A DNA stretch of 64,000 nucleotides from Betaproteobacteria bacterium (GTDB lineage Bacteria > Pseudomonadota > Gammaproteobacteria > Burkholderiales > SG8-39), in contig CANKAJ010000004.1 of assembly GCA_947479645.1 (NCBI GenBank), forward strand, positions 7,201-71,200. The letters are read 5' to 3'. Made by a program: the position numbers and the translations under genes. This document shows positions 12,106 to 23,638 of this stretch, one piece after another (positions within the stretch are counted from its first letter, which is position 1; the number at the start of each line of letters is the position of its first letter). The notes beneath the pieces were generated by a model. The model ran no database searches, was not told where the DNA came from, and saw nothing but the letters and a program-made list of their open reading frames with translations.

Positions 12106-13190
12106 TGGAATTGGTGCAGGCTTTCCAGGGCTTGCTGCAATCCGGGCTGGGGGGGCTCTGGGGAGGATATGTTTTCACCGTTATCAAGACGCTCATCCTG
12201 ATCATCTGTATCGTCTTGCCTCTGCTGCTTTCAGTAGCCTATCTGACGCTTTGGGAACGCAAATTCATTGGCTGGATGCAGATACGATTGGGACCGAATC
12301 GCGTGGGGCCGCTTGGCCTTCTGCAGCCGATTGCCGATGCGATCAAGGCCTTGGTCAAGGAACTGATTATCCCTGCTGGATCCAACAAATTTCTGTTCGT
12401 CGTTGCGCCAGCCATGGCGCTGGCCCCGGCATTGGCGGCCTGGGCAGTTGTTCCGTTTGGACCTGGAGTTGTACTAGCCGATGTGAATGCCGGCATACTT
12501 TATTTAATGGCGATGACTTCGCTTGGCGTTTATGGCGTCATCATTGCAGGCTGGGCGTCGAACTCCAAGTACGCCTTCCTTGGCTCGATGCGTTCCGCCG
12601 CACAGATCGTTGCCTATGAAATTGCCATGGGTTTTGCGCTGGTGTGCGTGCTGATGGTATCGCACAGTTTGAACCTTTCCGAAATTGTGAACGGTCAGGC
12701 CAAGGGATACTTCGCTGAGCAAGGAATTAACATCCTGTCATGGAATTGGTTGCCCCTGTTTCCCATGGTACTGGTGTATTTCATATCAGGTGTGGCAGAA
12801 ACAAATCGATCGCCTTTTGATGTGGTCGAAGGTGAGTCGGAGATCGTTGCCGGCCACATGATTGAGTATTCCGGCATGGCTTTCGCAACGTTCTTCATGG
12901 CTGAATACGCCAACATGATCCTGATTTCCACGTTGACGGCAATCATGTTTTTTGGTGGCTGGGCTGCACCCGTGGAGATGGCGCCGTTTACGATGATTCC
13001 GCCATTTCTTTGGCTGTTTATAAAGATGTTTTTCATCGTAACTATAATCCTGTGGTTGCGTGCCACATTCCCACGCTATCGCTACGACCAGATCATGCGT
13101 CTGGGTTGGAAGGTGTTCATCCCCCTCACCATTGTTTGGCTTGTGCTGATCGGCGCGTGGATGCAGACACCGTGGAACATCTGGAAATGA
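12102..13190 (+). CDS. nuoH: NADH-quinone oxidoreductase subunit H
   Basis: Polytopic membrane ORF with [27 protein letters not shown] and RYRYDQ motifs. 4-nt overlap with nuoG. Confidence 0.95.
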   Translation: MMELVQAFQGLLQSGLGGLWGGYVFTVIKTLILIICIVLPLLLSVAYLTLWERKFIGWMQIRLGPNRVGPLGLLQPIADAIKALVKELIIPAGSNKFLFVVAPAMALAPALAAWAVVPFGPGVVLADVNAGILYLMAMTSLGVYGVIIAGWASNSKYAFLGSMRSAAQIVAYEIAMGFALVCVLMVSHSLNLSEIVNGQAKGYFAEQGINILSWNWLPLFPMVLVYFISGVAETNRSPFDVVEGESEIVAGHMIEYSGMAFATFFMAEYANMILISTLTAIMFFGGWAAPVEMAPFTMIPPFLWLFIKMFFIVTIILWLRATFPRYRYDQIMRLGWKVFIPLTIVWLVLIGAWMQTPWNIWK

Positions 13191-13693
13191 ACGAGACGCA
13201 CATGGTCCATAGAATCCGCGATTTCTTAAAAGCCTTCATGCTAATTGAATTGCTTAAAGGCATGGCGCTAACAGGCCGTCATCTATTTGCGCGTAAAATC
13301 ACAGTACAGTTTCCGGAAGAAAAGACGCCACAAAGCCCACGTTTCCGTGGGTTGCATGCGTTGCGTCGCTATCCAAATGGTGAGGAACGATGCATTGCCT
13401 GCAAGTTGTGTGAGGCTGTTTGTCCGGCGTTGGCTATTACGATTGAGTCGGATGTGAGGGAAGATGGGACGCGCCGTACGAAGCGCTACGACATTGATTT
13501 GACGAAATGTATCTTTTGCGGCTTTTGTGAAGAATCCTGCCCCGTCGATTCGATAGTGGAGACTCGATTACTTGAGTATCACGGTGAGAAGCGCGGTGAC
13601 CTGTATTACACCAAGGAAATGCTGCTGGCAGTAGGCGACGTTTATGAAGAGCAGATCGCTAATGATCGAAAAGCAGATGCAGCGTACAGGTAA
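13187..13693 (+). CDS. nuoI: NADH-quinone oxidoreductase subunit I
   Basis: Two 4Fe-4S motifs ([24 protein letters not shown]). ATGA overlap with the nuoH stop at 13187-13190. The ATG at 13202 is an alternative start. Confidence 0.9.
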   Translation: MNETHMVHRIRDFLKAFMLIELLKGMALTGRHLFARKITVQFPEEKTPQSPRFRGLHALRRYPNGEERCIACKLCEAVCPALAITIESDVREDGTRRTKRYDIDLTKCIFCGFCEESCPVDSIVETRLLEYHGEKRGDLYYTKEMLLAVGDVYEEQIANDRKADAAYR

Positions 13694-13816
13694 CAAGCAA
13701 TCAACAAGGGCAGGCACAATAGTGGAGCGCAATGACCAGGAGGTAGGAAATACCGGCGTAGAAAAAGCCGGCAGGTCAGCTATCTTTCTTCCGATTACTT
13801 GTATTTTCAGCGCCCG

Positions 13817-14425
13817 ATGATTAATTTTGAAATGGCAGTTTTTTATTTATTTGCGGCAATACTGGTATTCGCAGCGGTGCGTGTAATTACCGCTCGCAAT
13901 CCGGTGCATTCCGCGCTGTTCCTTGTGCTGTCGTTTTTTACCGCAGCCGGGATATGGATGTTGTTGCGTGCGGAGTTTCTTGCGATTGCTCTGGTTCTGG
14001 TCTACGTCGGGGCAGTCATGGTGCTGTTCCTGTTTGTGGTCATGATGTTGGATATAAATCTTGACCGACTAAAAGAGGGCTTCTGGAGTTACCTGCCGCT
14101 CGGCGCTACCATAGCCTTCTTGGTAGTGGTGGAAATGGTTCTCGTGCTGGGAGGGCGCTATTTCGGATTGCAGGCGTTACCCGCACCGGCAGATCCAGGC
14201 GCAAATTACAGCAATACGAGAGAGTTGGGACTTCTTCTCTATACTGATTACGTGTATCCATTTGAACTTGCGGCAGTGGTATTGCTCGTGGCGATTATTG
14301 CAGCGATTGCATTGACCATGAGAAAGCGTAAAGACACCAAGTACCAGAATCCGTCGCAACAGGTCGCTGTAAAGCGAGGTGACCGAGTACGCATGGTTTC
14401 AATGCCTTCTGATAAGGGAGGCTGA
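13817..14425 (+). CDS. nuoJ: NADH-quinone oxidoreductase subunit J
   Basis: [16 protein letters not shown] and [22 protein letters not shown] at 13817 is preferred over the upstream TTG at 13799. Confidence 0.85.
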   Translation: MINFEMAVFYLFAAILVFAAVRVITARNPVHSALFLVLSFFTAAGIWMLLRAEFLAIALVLVYVGAVMVLFLFVVMMLDINLDRLKEGFWSYLPLGATIAFLVVVEMVLVLGGRYFGLQALPAPADPGANYSNTRELGLLLYTDYVYPFELAAVVLLVAIIAAIALTMRKRKDTKYQNPSQQVAVKRGDRVRMVSMPSDKGG

Positions 14426-14433
14426 GGCCGATC

Positions 14434-14739
14434 ATGCTTTCACTTTCACATTTCCTGATCCTTGGCGCGCTGTTGTTTTCCATTAGTGTCGTGGGAATTT
14501 TCCTTAACAGAAAGAATGTGATCATTCTGTTGATGGCAATTGAATTGATGCTGCTTGCGGTGAACATCAATTTCATTGCCTTTTCCTACTATCTGAATGA
14601 TATGGCGGGGCAGGTATTTGTATTTTTTATCCTTACTGTGGCGGCGGCAGAGTCGGCAATTGGTTTGGCAATTCTTGTTGTACTGTTTCGTAACCTCAGC
14701 ACCATTAATGTCGATGACCTCGACAGCCTGAAAGGCTAG
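14434..14739 (+). CDS. nuoK: NADH-quinone oxidoreductase subunit K
   Basis: 101 aa with three TM helices. [13 protein letters not shown] and [13 protein letters not shown]. Confidence 0.95.
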   Translation: MLSLSHFLILGALLFSISVVGIFLNRKNVIILLMAIELMLLAVNINFIAFSYYLNDMAGQVFVFFILTVAAAESAIGLAILVVLFRNLSTINVDDLDSLKG

Positions 14740-14780
14740 GGAGAAGGCAATAGGGTTTACAGACCTCTTGCTGAAAAATA

Positions 14781-16814
14781 ATGAAAGCGCTTTACCTTAT
14801 CGTTCCATTCGCGCCGCTGGTTGGGGCACTTATTTCCGGATTGTTCGGCCGTAGCGTTGGCCGTGCAGGTGCGCATTGGGTGACCATACTTGGAGTTGCC
14901 ATATCTTTCATCGCATCTTGCATGGTCATGTCAGATGTGCTGGAAGGCAATGTGTTTAACGGCACCCTATATACCTGGCTGATTTCGGGAGAAGCGCGTT
15001 TTGAAGTGGGTTTCCTGATTGACCGCCTGTCTGCACTAATGATGATTGTCGTGACATTTGTGTCACTCATGGTGCATATCTACACAATAGGCTATATGGC
15101 GGAAGATCCAGGGTATCAGCGCTTCTTTGCCTATATTTCACTTTTTACATTTTCAATGCTCATGCTGGTGATGAGCAACAATTTCCTGCAGTTATTCTTT
15201 GGATGGGAGGCGGTGGGTCTGGTTTCCTATCTGCTGATTGGATTCTGGTACAAGCGTCCGACAGCCATTTACGCCAATCTCAAGGCGTTTCTGGTTAACC
15301 GAGTCGGTGATTTTGGATTTGTACTCGGAATTGCACTTGTCCTGTCTTATTTTGGAACGCTTGACTATGCAGAGGTGTTCAAGCGAGCACCGGAACTCGC
15401 GACACAGACCATGGAGTTGTTTCCGGGTACACCCTACCTCGTCATTACGGTCATATGCATCGGTCTGTTCGTTGGGGCCATGGGTAAGTCGGCCCAGTTT
15501 CCGCTGCATGTCTGGTTGCCTGATTCTATGGAAGGCCCAACACCGATTTCCGCACTGATTCACGCCGCAACGATGGTGACCGCGGGCATCTTTATGGTTT
15601 CGCGAATGTCGCCCTTATTTGAAATGTCCGAATCCGCACTGTCCTTTATTCTGGTCATAGGGGGTATCACTGCGTTTTTCATGGGACTTGTAGCGGTTGT
15701 GCAATATGACATCAAACGCGTGGTGGCGTATTCGACGCTTTCTCAATTGGGTTATATGACCATGGCGCTTGGTGCCTCGGCCTACTCTGCAGCCATGTTT
15801 CATCTGATGACGCATGCGTTTTTTAAGGCCGCCTTGTTTCTGGGGGCGGGTTCGGTGATTATTGCCATGCATCACGAGCAGGACATGCGAAAGATGGGTG
15901 GTTTGCGCAAATACATGCCTGTTACCTATTTGGTTATGCTAATAGGTGCGTTTGCGAATGCCGGGTTTCCGCCATTTGCCGGGTTCTTTTCCAAGGACAC
16001 CATAATCGAAGCCCTGCAGGCATCGCAAACCCCAGGCGCAGGATTTGCCTACTGGGCATCTCTCCTTGGTGTGTTTGTTGGAGCTTTGTATTCATTCCGT
16101 TTGGTGTTTTTTGCGTTTCATGGTGAGGAGAGATTTGCCAAAATCGATGCTCATGCACACGAAACTCACGATAAAGAAAATACGCATGGCCATGACGAGC
16201 ACGGACATGGAGGCAGCCCTCATGAGTCGCCAACTGTGGTTACCCTGCCTTTAATATTGCTTGCGATTCCATCGATTTGTGCAGGTTGGCTTATCGGCAC
16301 GGTGGTGTATGGGAATTATTTTGGTGACGCAATATTTGTATCTTCCGGGCATGAGTGGATTGCAGAGATGGGGCAGGAGTTTCACGGTGTAATGGGCATG
16401 ATGCTTCATGGACTGACGAGCCTTCCGTTCTGGTTCGCAATGTTGGGACTTGCGACTGCGTTCTATCTTTACATTCTGCAGCCAGACGTTCCAGGAGTAT
16501 TGCGGCAGAAATTGGCATTCTTCGTACGTATTCTGGACAACAAATATGGATTTGATGACTTTAATCAATGGTTCTTTGCCAGCGGCGCAGTCAAGGTTGG
16601 GACCGGACTATGGCGCTATGGGGATGCCATGCTGATTGATGGGGTCATGGTCAATGGCACAGCCCGAATTGTTGGCTGGATTGCTGGTGTGGTGCGCTGG
16701 CTGCAGTCGGGTTTCATTTATCAATATGCCTTTGCCATGATCATTGGTATTTCTGTGTTGCTGTTCATCTGGGTATTTGATGTGACGGCTTTGTTGGCGA
16801 ACTGGACGAGGTAG
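14781..16814 (+). CDS. nuoL: NADH-quinone oxidoreductase subunit L
   Basis: 677-aa antiporter-like subunit (WEAVGLVSYLLIGFW, SAQFPLHVWLPD). Contains a His-rich insert; see findings. Confidence 0.95.
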   Translation: MKALYLIVPFAPLVGALISGLFGRSVGRAGAHWVTILGVAISFIASCMVMSDVLEGNVFNGTLYTWLISGEARFEVGFLIDRLSALMMIVVTFVSLMVHIYTIGYMAEDPGYQRFFAYISLFTFSMLMLVMSNNFLQLFFGWEAVGLVSYLLIGFWYKRPTAIYANLKAFLVNRVGDFGFVLGIALVLSYFGTLDYAEVFKRAPELATQTMELFPGTPYLVITVICIGLFVGAMGKSAQFPLHVWLPDSMEGPTPISALIHAATMVTAGIFMVSRMSPLFEMSESALSFILVIGGITAFFMGLVAVVQYDIKRVVAYSTLSQLGYMTMALGASAYSAAMFHLMTHAFFKAALFLGAGSVIIAMHHEQDMRKMGGLRKYMPVTYLVMLIGAFANAGFPPFAGFFSKDTIIEALQASQTPGAGFAYWASLLGVFVGALYSFRLVFFAFHGEERFAKIDAHAHETHDKENTHGHDEHGHGGSPHESPTVVTLPLILLAIPSICAGWLIGTVVYGNYFGDAIFVSSGHEWIAEMGQEFHGVMGMMLHGLTSLPFWFAMLGLATAFYLYILQPDVPGVLRQKLAFFVRILDNKYGFDDFNQWFFASGAVKVGTGLWRYGDAMLIDGVMVNGTARIVGWIAGVVRWLQSGFIYQYAFAMIIGISVLLFIWVFDVTALLANWTR

Positions 16815-16818
16815 CGCA

Positions 16819-18303
16819 ATGCCTACACAAGCGCCTTGGCTCAGTTTGGCAATCTGGATTCCGATAATCTCAGGTCTGATCGTATTGGCCAGCGGATCGG
16901 ATCGTAATGTTCGTGAGGCGAGGGTCATCGCTCTTATTGGCTCCGTCGCCGGCCTGCTCGTTTCCTTGCCGTTGTTTTACGAATTCAATTCAACCACCAG
17001 CGCAATGCAATTTGTTGAAATGAAGCCGTGGATTGAGCGCTTTAATATCAACTACCACCTTGGCGTGGATGGAATTAGTGTGCTGTTTATCCTTCTGAAC
17101 AGCTTTATTACTGTTCTTGTCGTGATAGCTAGCTGGGAAGTCATTCAGACTCGTGTTTCCCAGTATCTGGCGTCATTCCTGATCATGTCGGGCCTGATGA
17201 ATGGTGTATTCGCATCGCTGGATGCCATTCTTTTCTATGTATTTTTCGAGGCGACACTGATTCCGATGTATATCGTGATTGGAGTCTGGGGCGGGCCAAA
17301 CCGCGTTTATGCGGCGATCAAATTCTTTCTTTATACGTTGCTTGGTTCATTGCTGATGTTGGTGGCATTTCTCTACCTTTATAACAAGGCAGGCGGCAGT
17401 TTTTCCATTCTGGATTTCCACAAATTGCCGTTATCGATGACAGCTCAGACGCTGCTTTTTATAGCGTTTCTTCTGTCGTTTGCCGTCAAGGTTCCGATGT
17501 GGCCTGTTCATACTTGGTTGCCGGATGCCCACGTTGAGGCTCCTACCGGTGGCTCGGCGGTTCTGGCGGCAATCATGCTCAAACTGGGTGCGTACGGATT
17601 TATCCGTTTTTCACTGCCGATATTGCCTGACGCCAGTCATGCATTGTCAGGCTTCATGATCACTTTGTCGCTGATTGCGGTGGTTTATATTGGCCTTGTC
17701 GCTCTGGCGCAGTCCGACATGAAAAAGTTGATTGCGTATTCTTCAATTTCGCACATGGGTTTTGTGACGCTTGGATTTTTCATCTTTAACGCCTATGGGG
17801 TTGAAGGCGCACTTGTACAGATGATTTCCCATGGGTTTGTTTCAGCGGCCATGTTCCTGAGCGTTGGAGTAATGTATGACCGCATGCACTCCCGTCAGAT
17901 TGCCGACTATGGCGGGGTGGTGAATACCATGCCCAAGTTTGCCGCACTACTGATGTTATTTGCCATGGCCAATTGTGGGTTGCCTGCAACCTCCGGGTTC
18001 GTTGGTGAATTCATGGTGATTATGGGGGCGATGAAATTTAATTTCTGGGTCGCATTTTTAGCCGCGACCACCTTGATATTCGGAGCAGCCTATACGCTGT
18101 GGATGTACAAGCGGGTCATTTTCGGAGAGATCGCAAACAAGCACGTTGCCGAACTGACAGACATTAATGGCAGGGAGTTTCTGGTGCTCGGATTGCTCGC
18201 GGTCGCTGTACTGGGGATGGGGCTGTTTCCGTTCCCATTTACCGAGATCATGCATGCATCCGTCAATGACCTGCTCAAGCACGTGGCTGCGAGCAAGCTA
18301 TGA
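16819..18303 (+). CDS. nuoM: NADH-quinone oxidoreductase subunit M
   Basis: 494-aa antiporter-like subunit. [21 protein letters not shown]. Confidence 0.95.
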   Translation: MPTQAPWLSLAIWIPIISGLIVLASGSDRNVREARVIALIGSVAGLLVSLPLFYEFNSTTSAMQFVEMKPWIERFNINYHLGVDGISVLFILLNSFITVLVVIASWEVIQTRVSQYLASFLIMSGLMNGVFASLDAILFYVFFEATLIPMYIVIGVWGGPNRVYAAIKFFLYTLLGSLLMLVAFLYLYNKAGGSFSILDFHKLPLSMTAQTLLFIAFLLSFAVKVPMWPVHTWLPDAHVEAPTGGSAVLAAIMLKLGAYGFIRFSLPILPDASHALSGFMITLSLIAVVYIGLVALAQSDMKKLIAYSSISHMGFVTLGFFIFNAYGVEGALVQMISHGFVSAAMFLSVGVMYDRMHSRQIADYGGVVNTMPKFAALLMLFAMANCGLPATSGFVGEFMVIMGAMKFNFWVAFLAATTLIFGAAYTLWMYKRVIFGEIANKHVAELTDINGREFLVLGLLAVAVLGMGLFPFPFTEIMHASVNDLLKHVAASKL

Positions 18304-19769
18304 ACTTTCCAATGCCAAATCTGCTTCCGGCATATGCCGAAATCTTCTTGCTGACGATGACTTGTATCGTTCTGGTGGTCGATTTGTTTCTTGATGACCA
18401 GAGACGCTATGTCACCTATGTGCTGTCGCTGCTTACGCTTGCCGGGTGTGCGTTCTTTACGATTGGAATAGGGAGCATTCCCGGTCCAACCTATACCTTT
18501 AACAACATGTTCGTCTCAGACTTAATGGCTAACGTGTTGAAATTGGCGAGCTACATCGCGGTTGCCGTAAACATGGTCTATTCACGTAGCTATATGGCAG
18601 ATCGAGGCATGCTGCGAGGCGAGTATTTTTCGCTTTCATTGTTTGCCATGCTGGGCATGATGGTAATGATCTCTTCGAATCACTTCTTGACCCTATATAT
18701 GGGGCTGGAACTGATGTCTCTGTGCCTTTATGCAATGGTGGCCTTGAATCGCGATTCAGCGACATCCACCGAGGCGGCGATGAAATACTTTGTTCTTGGA
18801 GCGCTGGCCTCTGGCCTCTTGTTGTATGGGATGTCGATGATATATGGTGCGACTGGCTCCCTTGAGATGAGGAACATTGCGAAGATTCTGGAGGTCGGTA
18901 GTACCAACCGCGTTGTGTTGGTATTCGGCCTGGTTTTTGTTGTTGCGGGAGTGGCATTCAAGCTTGGAGTAGTGCCATTTCACATGTGGATACCGGATGT
19001 GTATCAAGGTGCGCCCAGTGCGGTCACGCTATTCATCGCGTCTGCCCCCAAATTGGCGGCATTTGCCATGGCCATGCGGTTATTGGTGAATGGCTTGATT
19101 CCGTTGGCGATTGACTGGCAACAAATGCTTACGCTGCTTGCAGTATTGTCGATGGCCCTGGGTAATCTCGCTGCAATCGCACAATCGAATATCAAGCGAA
19201 TGCTCGCGTATTCGACTATCTCACATATGGGTTTCCTTCTTCTGGGAATGGCGACGGGTGTCGTAGATGGAAACTGGTTGTCGGCAGCTGAGGCTTATAG
19301 CGCTTCGATGTTCTATGCAATTGTCTACACGCTGACCACGCTTGCCGCATTCGGGTCGGTATTGCTGTTGTCGCGAGCTGGGTTCGAGGCGGAGAACATA
19401 GAGGATTACAAAGGTCTTAACCGGCGTAGCCCATGGTTTGCATTCATTGTGCTTGTGACCATGTTCTCTCTAGCAGGTATCCCGCCGACAGTCGGTTTTT
19501 ATGCCAAGTTGTCGGTTCTGCAGTCGGCTGTCAGCGCCGGTCAGGTTTGGTTGGCTGTGGTCGCAGTGTTGTTTTCGTTGATTGGTGCCTTTTACTATTT
19601 GCGAATTGTCAAATTGATGTACTTCGATGATCCAGTCGATACTGCACCTTTGGCTGTACGCTTGGATATGAGTGTGTTGCTTTCGGCAAACGGTGTTGCC
19701 ATCTTATTGCTGGGAATCATGCCGCAGCAATTGATGGAACTGTGTTTTGTCGCGATAAAATCCCTGTAG
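18300..19769 (+). CDS. nuoN: NADH-quinone oxidoreductase subunit N
   Basis: 489-aa antiporter-like subunit. [25 protein letters not shown] overlap with nuoM. Confidence 0.95.
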   Translation: MNFPMPNLLPAYAEIFLLTMTCIVLVVDLFLDDQRRYVTYVLSLLTLAGCAFFTIGIGSIPGPTYTFNNMFVSDLMANVLKLASYIAVAVNMVYSRSYMADRGMLRGEYFSLSLFAMLGMMVMISSNHFLTLYMGLELMSLCLYAMVALNRDSATSTEAAMKYFVLGALASGLLLYGMSMIYGATGSLEMRNIAKILEVGSTNRVVLVFGLVFVVAGVAFKLGVVPFHMWIPDVYQGAPSAVTLFIASAPKLAAFAMAMRLLVNGLIPLAIDWQQMLTLLAVLSMALGNLAAIAQSNIKRMLAYSTISHMGFLLLGMATGVVDGNWLSAAEAYSASMFYAIVYTLTTLAAFGSVLLLSRAGFEAENIEDYKGLNRRSPWFAFIVLVTMFSLAGIPPTVGFYAKLSVLQSAVSAGQVWLAVVAVLFSLIGAFYYLRIVKLMYFDDPVDTAPLAVRLDMSVLLSANGVAILLLGIMPQQLMELCFVAIKSL

Positions 19770-20067
19770 GTTTTCGGCTGTGGCGACCAGGCTACTGCTG
19801 CTTGCCAATTTCTATTCCTCAGGCAGAAGTTACGTCCTGATTAATCGCTTATTGCTTCGAGTAAGGTCATCGAAGTTTGCGATTGGAGCCCAAAAGATGA
19901 TGGCTGCTGCGTTATAGAAATGCCGCAGTCCGATCTTGCGACGTATATTCCCGATCGCGCACATTTTTAGCATGACCCGTGCGACAGCATGTGTATGACA
20001 GGGAGTTCACTGAGACTTCCAGTCGTCTGCAAATTGTGCTGGAGAGGCCGGAGCTTATGATTCGCTA

Positions 20068-20643
20068 ATGCAGGAAAATACGTCGATGAGCGAAGACACG
20101 AAAACAGACCTTAGCGAGCATCTCATCTCAAGCGAATGGGCGTTCGAAGGGTGCTTGCTCAAGGTAAAGTCCGACACCGTGCGACTTCCCAATGGACATA
20201 CGGCAACGCGCGAGCACATTGTGCATCCGGGTGCAGTGATGATTATTCCGATTCTTGATTCGGGACAGCTTGTCATGGAGCGTCAGTACCGCTATCCGCT
20301 GGGGCGTGACTTCATTGAGTTTCCTGCCGGCAAGCTGGATCCTGGGGAGGAGCCATTGCAGTCGGCGAGGCGGGAGTTGCTCGAAGAGACAGGTTATACG
20401 GCCAATCAATGGGAGTTTCTTGCGTCTATTCATGTGGCTATTGCGTACTCCAACGAGCGCATAGATCTGTATCTTGCACAGGGGCTGACACATCGCGGAT
20501 CAGATCTTGATGCCGATGAATTCCTGGAAACCCTACATGTTCCTGTGGCTCAGGCCCTGGATTGGCTATCTGAGGGAAGAATTACAGATGCGAAAACGGT
20601 AGTGGGGTTGCTTATGTTGCAGAAACGTTTGGATGTCGCATAG
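20068..20643 (+). CDS. NUDIX hydrolase (ADP-ribose pyrophosphatase-like)
   Basis: Nudix box GKLDPGEEPLQSARRELLEETG. A NUDIX gene downstream of nuoN is a common betaproteobacterial arrangement. Confidence 0.8.
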   Translation: MQENTSMSEDTKTDLSEHLISSEWAFEGCLLKVKSDTVRLPNGHTATREHIVHPGAVMIIPILDSGQLVMERQYRYPLGRDFIEFPAGKLDPGEEPLQSARRELLEETGYTANQWEFLASIHVAIAYSNERIDLYLAQGLTHRGSDLDADEFLETLHVPVAQALDWLSEGRITDAKTVVGLLMLQKRLDVA

Positions 20644-20685
20644 GTTGTATCGTAGATATTGTGTCTCGACTCCCAGGCATGCAAG

Positions 20686-21807
20686 TCAGGGGGCACGATA
20701 AGATATCCTGTATATGGCACCAGCATGGTCGTCTGATACAAGGAGTGACCCGTCTGGCATTACCTCGACATCCACTGGCCGGCCCCAGACGCGATCGCCA
20801 ACAAGCCAGCCCTCGGCGAACACCTCCTGACGTACCGCCTTGCCGTTTTCCAAGATGACGCGCTTGATGCGGTAGCCGATCTTCTTCGAACGATTCCATG
20901 AGCCGTGTTCTGCGATGAAAATATTGCCATGGTATTCCGGAGGAAACTGATTTCCAGTATAGAAGCGCATACCGAGTGCTGCCACGTGCGGGCCGAGTTT
21001 CACTTCAGGTGGAACGAATTCCATGCAATTGCGACCGCGGCCGAATTCGGGGTCGGGAGTGTCACCCTGATGGCAAAACGGGTAACCAAAGTGCAGACCA
21101 GCCTTTGTAGCGTGATTTAGTTCATCGGAAGGCAGGTCATCTCCAAGCATGTCGCGCCCATTGTCCGTGAACCACAATTCCTTGTTATCAGGAGCCCAGT
21201 CAAATCCAACCGAATTGCGTACGCCTCGCGCTACTACCGAGTAGCCCGTACCGTCAGTTCGTATACGTGCAATCAATGCGTATCGGTCCTTTTGGGGATC
21301 GCAGATATTGCATGGGGCGCCCACGGGGATATACAGCCACCCATCAGGGCCGAAGCGGATAAATTTCCAGCCGTGATGTGACTCTGTGGGAAAGTCGGAT
21401 ACGACCACAACCGGTACTGGCGGATTGTCCAGTCTGGACTCGATGTCTTCGAAACGCAGTATTCGACTGATTTCAGCGACATATAGATCTCCATCCTTCA
21501 GCGCTACGCCATTGGGCATGTTCAGTCGGGATGCAACAGTGGCGACTTGAGTCGCCTTGCCGTTCTTGTGGCGAACGGCATAAACCCTGCCATCGCTGCG
21601 AGTTCCGACGAACACTGTGCCACTCTTGCCTACGGTCAGCGATCTTGCATTCGGTACATCCTCTGCAAAGACCGTAATCTTGAAGCCTGGCGGCAGCTTT
21701 ATTTGGTCAAGACGGAGGCGTTGCGCATCAGCATCGATCGGAAATAATGAGGTGATGAGGGCAATAAGAATAGCCGCAAGACTAAGGGTTCTAAGCACAG
21801 TCAGCAT
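20686..21807 (-). CDS. PQQ-dependent sugar (glucose/sorbosone) dehydrogenase-family beta-propeller, secreted
   Basis: HHGWKFIRFGPDGWLYIPVGAPCNIC, GVRNSVGFDW..ELWFTDNGRD..LPSDELN and GLHFGYPFC match the soluble aldose/sorbosone dehydrogenase family. Start placed at the Met that opens a signal peptide (MLTVLRTLSLAAILIALITSLFPIDADAQ). The ORF track extends to 21873. Confidence 0.75.
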   Translation of the reverse strand: MLTVLRTLSLAAILIALITSLFPIDADAQRLRLDQIKLPPGFKITVFAEDVPNARSLTVGKSGTVFVGTRSDGRVYAVRHKNGKATQVATVASRLNMPNGVALKDGDLYVAEISRILRFEDIESRLDNPPVPVVVVSDFPTESHHGWKFIRFGPDGWLYIPVGAPCNICDPQKDRYALIARIRTDGTGYSVVARGVRNSVGFDWAPDNKELWFTDNGRDMLGDDLPSDELNHATKAGLHFGYPFCHQGDTPDPEFGRGRNCMEFVPPEVKLGPHVAALGMRFYTGNQFPPEYHGNIFIAEHGSWNRSKKIGYRIKRVILENGKAVRQEVFAEGWLVGDRVWGRPVDVEVMPDGSLLVSDDHAGAIYRISYRAP

Positions 21808-21859
21808 CCAACTTAATTCAGTGAGTGGATAATACGAGTTTTTCCAGGAGGCAGTTTTC

Positions 21860-22711
21860 ATGATCATTATCACCTGGAACGTTCAGTGGTGCCGTGGCTG
21901 TGATGGCAAGGTTGATCCATCACGAATTGCTAAGGTAGCCCGTGATATGGCTGATTTCGATGTGTTATGTCTGCAGGAAGTCGCGCGAAACTTTCCTGAT
22001 TTGAGCGGAAGCGAAGGAGAGGATCAGTTCAATTTGCTGGCCGCTGCATTGCCTGGCTATGCGTTGATTGAAGGTATTGCAACCGATCGTCTGAACAAGA
22101 GTGGTGGGCGCAGCCAGTTCGGCAATGCCATTCTGACGCGCTTGCCAGTTTTGCAGGCCTTTCGCCATCTCCTACCGTGGCCGCCCGACACAGATGTTTC
22201 AAGCATGCAGCGCGTTGCTGTCGAGACGGTGCTCTTGACAAAGAACGGGCCGTTGCGAGTAACCACGACGCACTTGGAATATTACTCGGCAAGCCAGCGC
22301 ATGGCGCAGATCGGGCGCTTGCGTGGTTTGCAGGCAGAGGCAGCAGCGCATAGTTTCGATGTCACACGCAGGAACCACGGTACCGGCCCATTTTCCATTG
22401 CGCCACGTCCCGGAACGGGGGTGTTGACAGGCGACTTCAATTTTCGACCATCAGATCTGGAGTATTCCTTGTTGCAAAGGCCGATTGAAGGGGCGCCATA
22501 CTATATGGATGCGTGGAAAGTAGCGCATGGCGACAGACCGCATTCCCCAACGGTGGGAGTTCATGACAGAAAGCAATGGCCGGATGGCCCATCCTGTTTC
22601 GATCTTGTGCTCGTCACCGAAGATCTGGCGAAAAGGATCGAAAGCATCTCGGTCAACACCGATACCGATGCGTCAGACCATCAGCCCGTGGTGCTGTCTT
22701 TGAGCGATTAA
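21860..22711 (+). CDS. Endonuclease/exonuclease/phosphatase (EEP) family protein
   Basis: N-terminal IITWNVQW, LCLQEV, and a C-terminal SDHQPVVLSL catalytic His motif. Confidence 0.8.
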   Translation: MIIITWNVQWCRGCDGKVDPSRIAKVARDMADFDVLCLQEVARNFPDLSGSEGEDQFNLLAAALPGYALIEGIATDRLNKSGGRSQFGNAILTRLPVLQAFRHLLPWPPDTDVSSMQRVAVETVLLTKNGPLRVTTTHLEYYSASQRMAQIGRLRGLQAEAAAHSFDVTRRNHGTGPFSIAPRPGTGVLTGDFNFRPSDLEYSLLQRPIEGAPYYMDAWKVAHGDRPHSPTVGVHDRKQWPDGPSCFDLVLVTEDLAKRIESISVNTDTDASDHQPVVLSLSD

Positions 22712-22756
22712 TCATGGACTGCGCTGTCTGAGAGGGCGTCAACTTCCTCCATGTCG

Positions 22757-23533
22757 TTATTGGCTGACACGGCCGATGGTTCTGCCTCCGTCAATCAGGA
22801 TGGTCTGCCCGGTGATAAAAGTACCTGCTTTGGCGGCCAGAAAGACTGCAGCACCAGCGACTTCGTCAGGATCCCCGATGCGCTGCAGAGGAGACTGCAT
22901 TGTCGCCTGCAGTGATACGCTATTCGGGTTGTCCCATAGGGCTCGTGAGAATTCTGTCTTAATGACGCCAGGGGCCAGGCAATTGGCGCGAATGTTATGT
23001 GGCCCCCATTCCACCGCAATATTGCGAGTGAGCTGCATATCTGCTGCCTTGGACAGTCCGTACAGGCCCAGGCGATCGGAACCCTGGACCCCGGCGATGG
23101 AGGATACGATGATGACGACACCGTCTTTTCTGGCGGCCATTTGCGGCAGCACCATGTGGCATAACCAGAAATTACTTTTGACGTTGGTGTTCATTACCCG
23201 ATCATAAATCTCGTCGGTAATTTCAATCGATCGGCCGTAGTGGGGATTGACTGCCGCATTGCAGACCAGGATGTCAATCCGTCCCCATCGTTTCATGGTC
23301 GTATCAACCAGGGCTTGCAGAGCCTCCTTCTTTCCCACGTGGCATGACATTGCGAACGCATCGCCACCCTTGGCTCGAATCTCACTGGCCACAGATTCGC
23401 AAGTGTCAGCATTGCGGCTGGAGATCACCACCTTGGCACCGTGCTCCGCCATGCGCTCAGCAATGGCTTTGCCTATGCCTTTGCTGGATCCGGTAATGAT
23501 TGCCACTTTTCCGGCCAAATCAAATAAGGACAT
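22757..23533 (-). CDS. SDR-family oxidoreductase
   Basis: Cofactor motif ITGSSKGIGKAIA, NAAV, and the catalytic S..YGLSKAA triad pattern. Confidence 0.9.
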   Translation of the reverse strand: MSLFDLAGKVAIITGSSKGIGKAIAERMAEHGAKVVISSRNADTCESVASEIRAKGGDAFAMSCHVGKKEALQALVDTTMKRWGRIDILVCNAAVNPHYGRSIEITDEIYDRVMNTNVKSNFWLCHMVLPQMAARKDGVVIIVSSIAGVQGSDRLGLYGLSKAADMQLTRNIAVEWGPHNIRANCLAPGVIKTEFSRALWDNPNSVSLQATMQSPLQRIGDPDEVAGAAVFLAAKAGTFITGQTILIDGGRTIGRVSQ

Positions 23534-23584
23534 TCTTGATCCATTCCTATATGAGTCTTAGTGCAATGTTTAGTGAGTATTGAT

Positions 23585-23613
23585 ATTTTATTTCCAGTGA
23601 ATATTATTATCAA
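23585..23613 (-). promoter_or_regulatory. Putative sigma-70 promoter of the SDR gene
   Basis: Read on the minus strand: TTGATA, a 17-nt spacer, then TAAAAT, about 50 nt upstream of the ATG at 23533. Embedded in a strongly AT-rich segment. Confidence 0.5.
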
Positions 23614-23618
23614 TAATG

Positions 23619-23638
23619 AATAATAATCAATTATTATT
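23619..23638. repeat. Perfect 9-2-9 AT-only palindrome AATAATAAT-CA-ATTATTATT just upstream of the putative -35
   Basis: Read directly from the sequence. Flanked by further ATCAAT-containing copies at about 23579-23584 (inverted), 23609-23614, 23626-23631 and 23661-23666. Confidence 0.7.

Noticed and set aside
21808-21873. Overlap of the divergent PQQ-dehydrogenase and EEP gene starts in the ORF track
   Set aside because: This is resolved by moving the dehydrogenase start to the Met that begins its signal peptide (21807), which leaves a 52-bp divergent spacer. It is not a true overlap.
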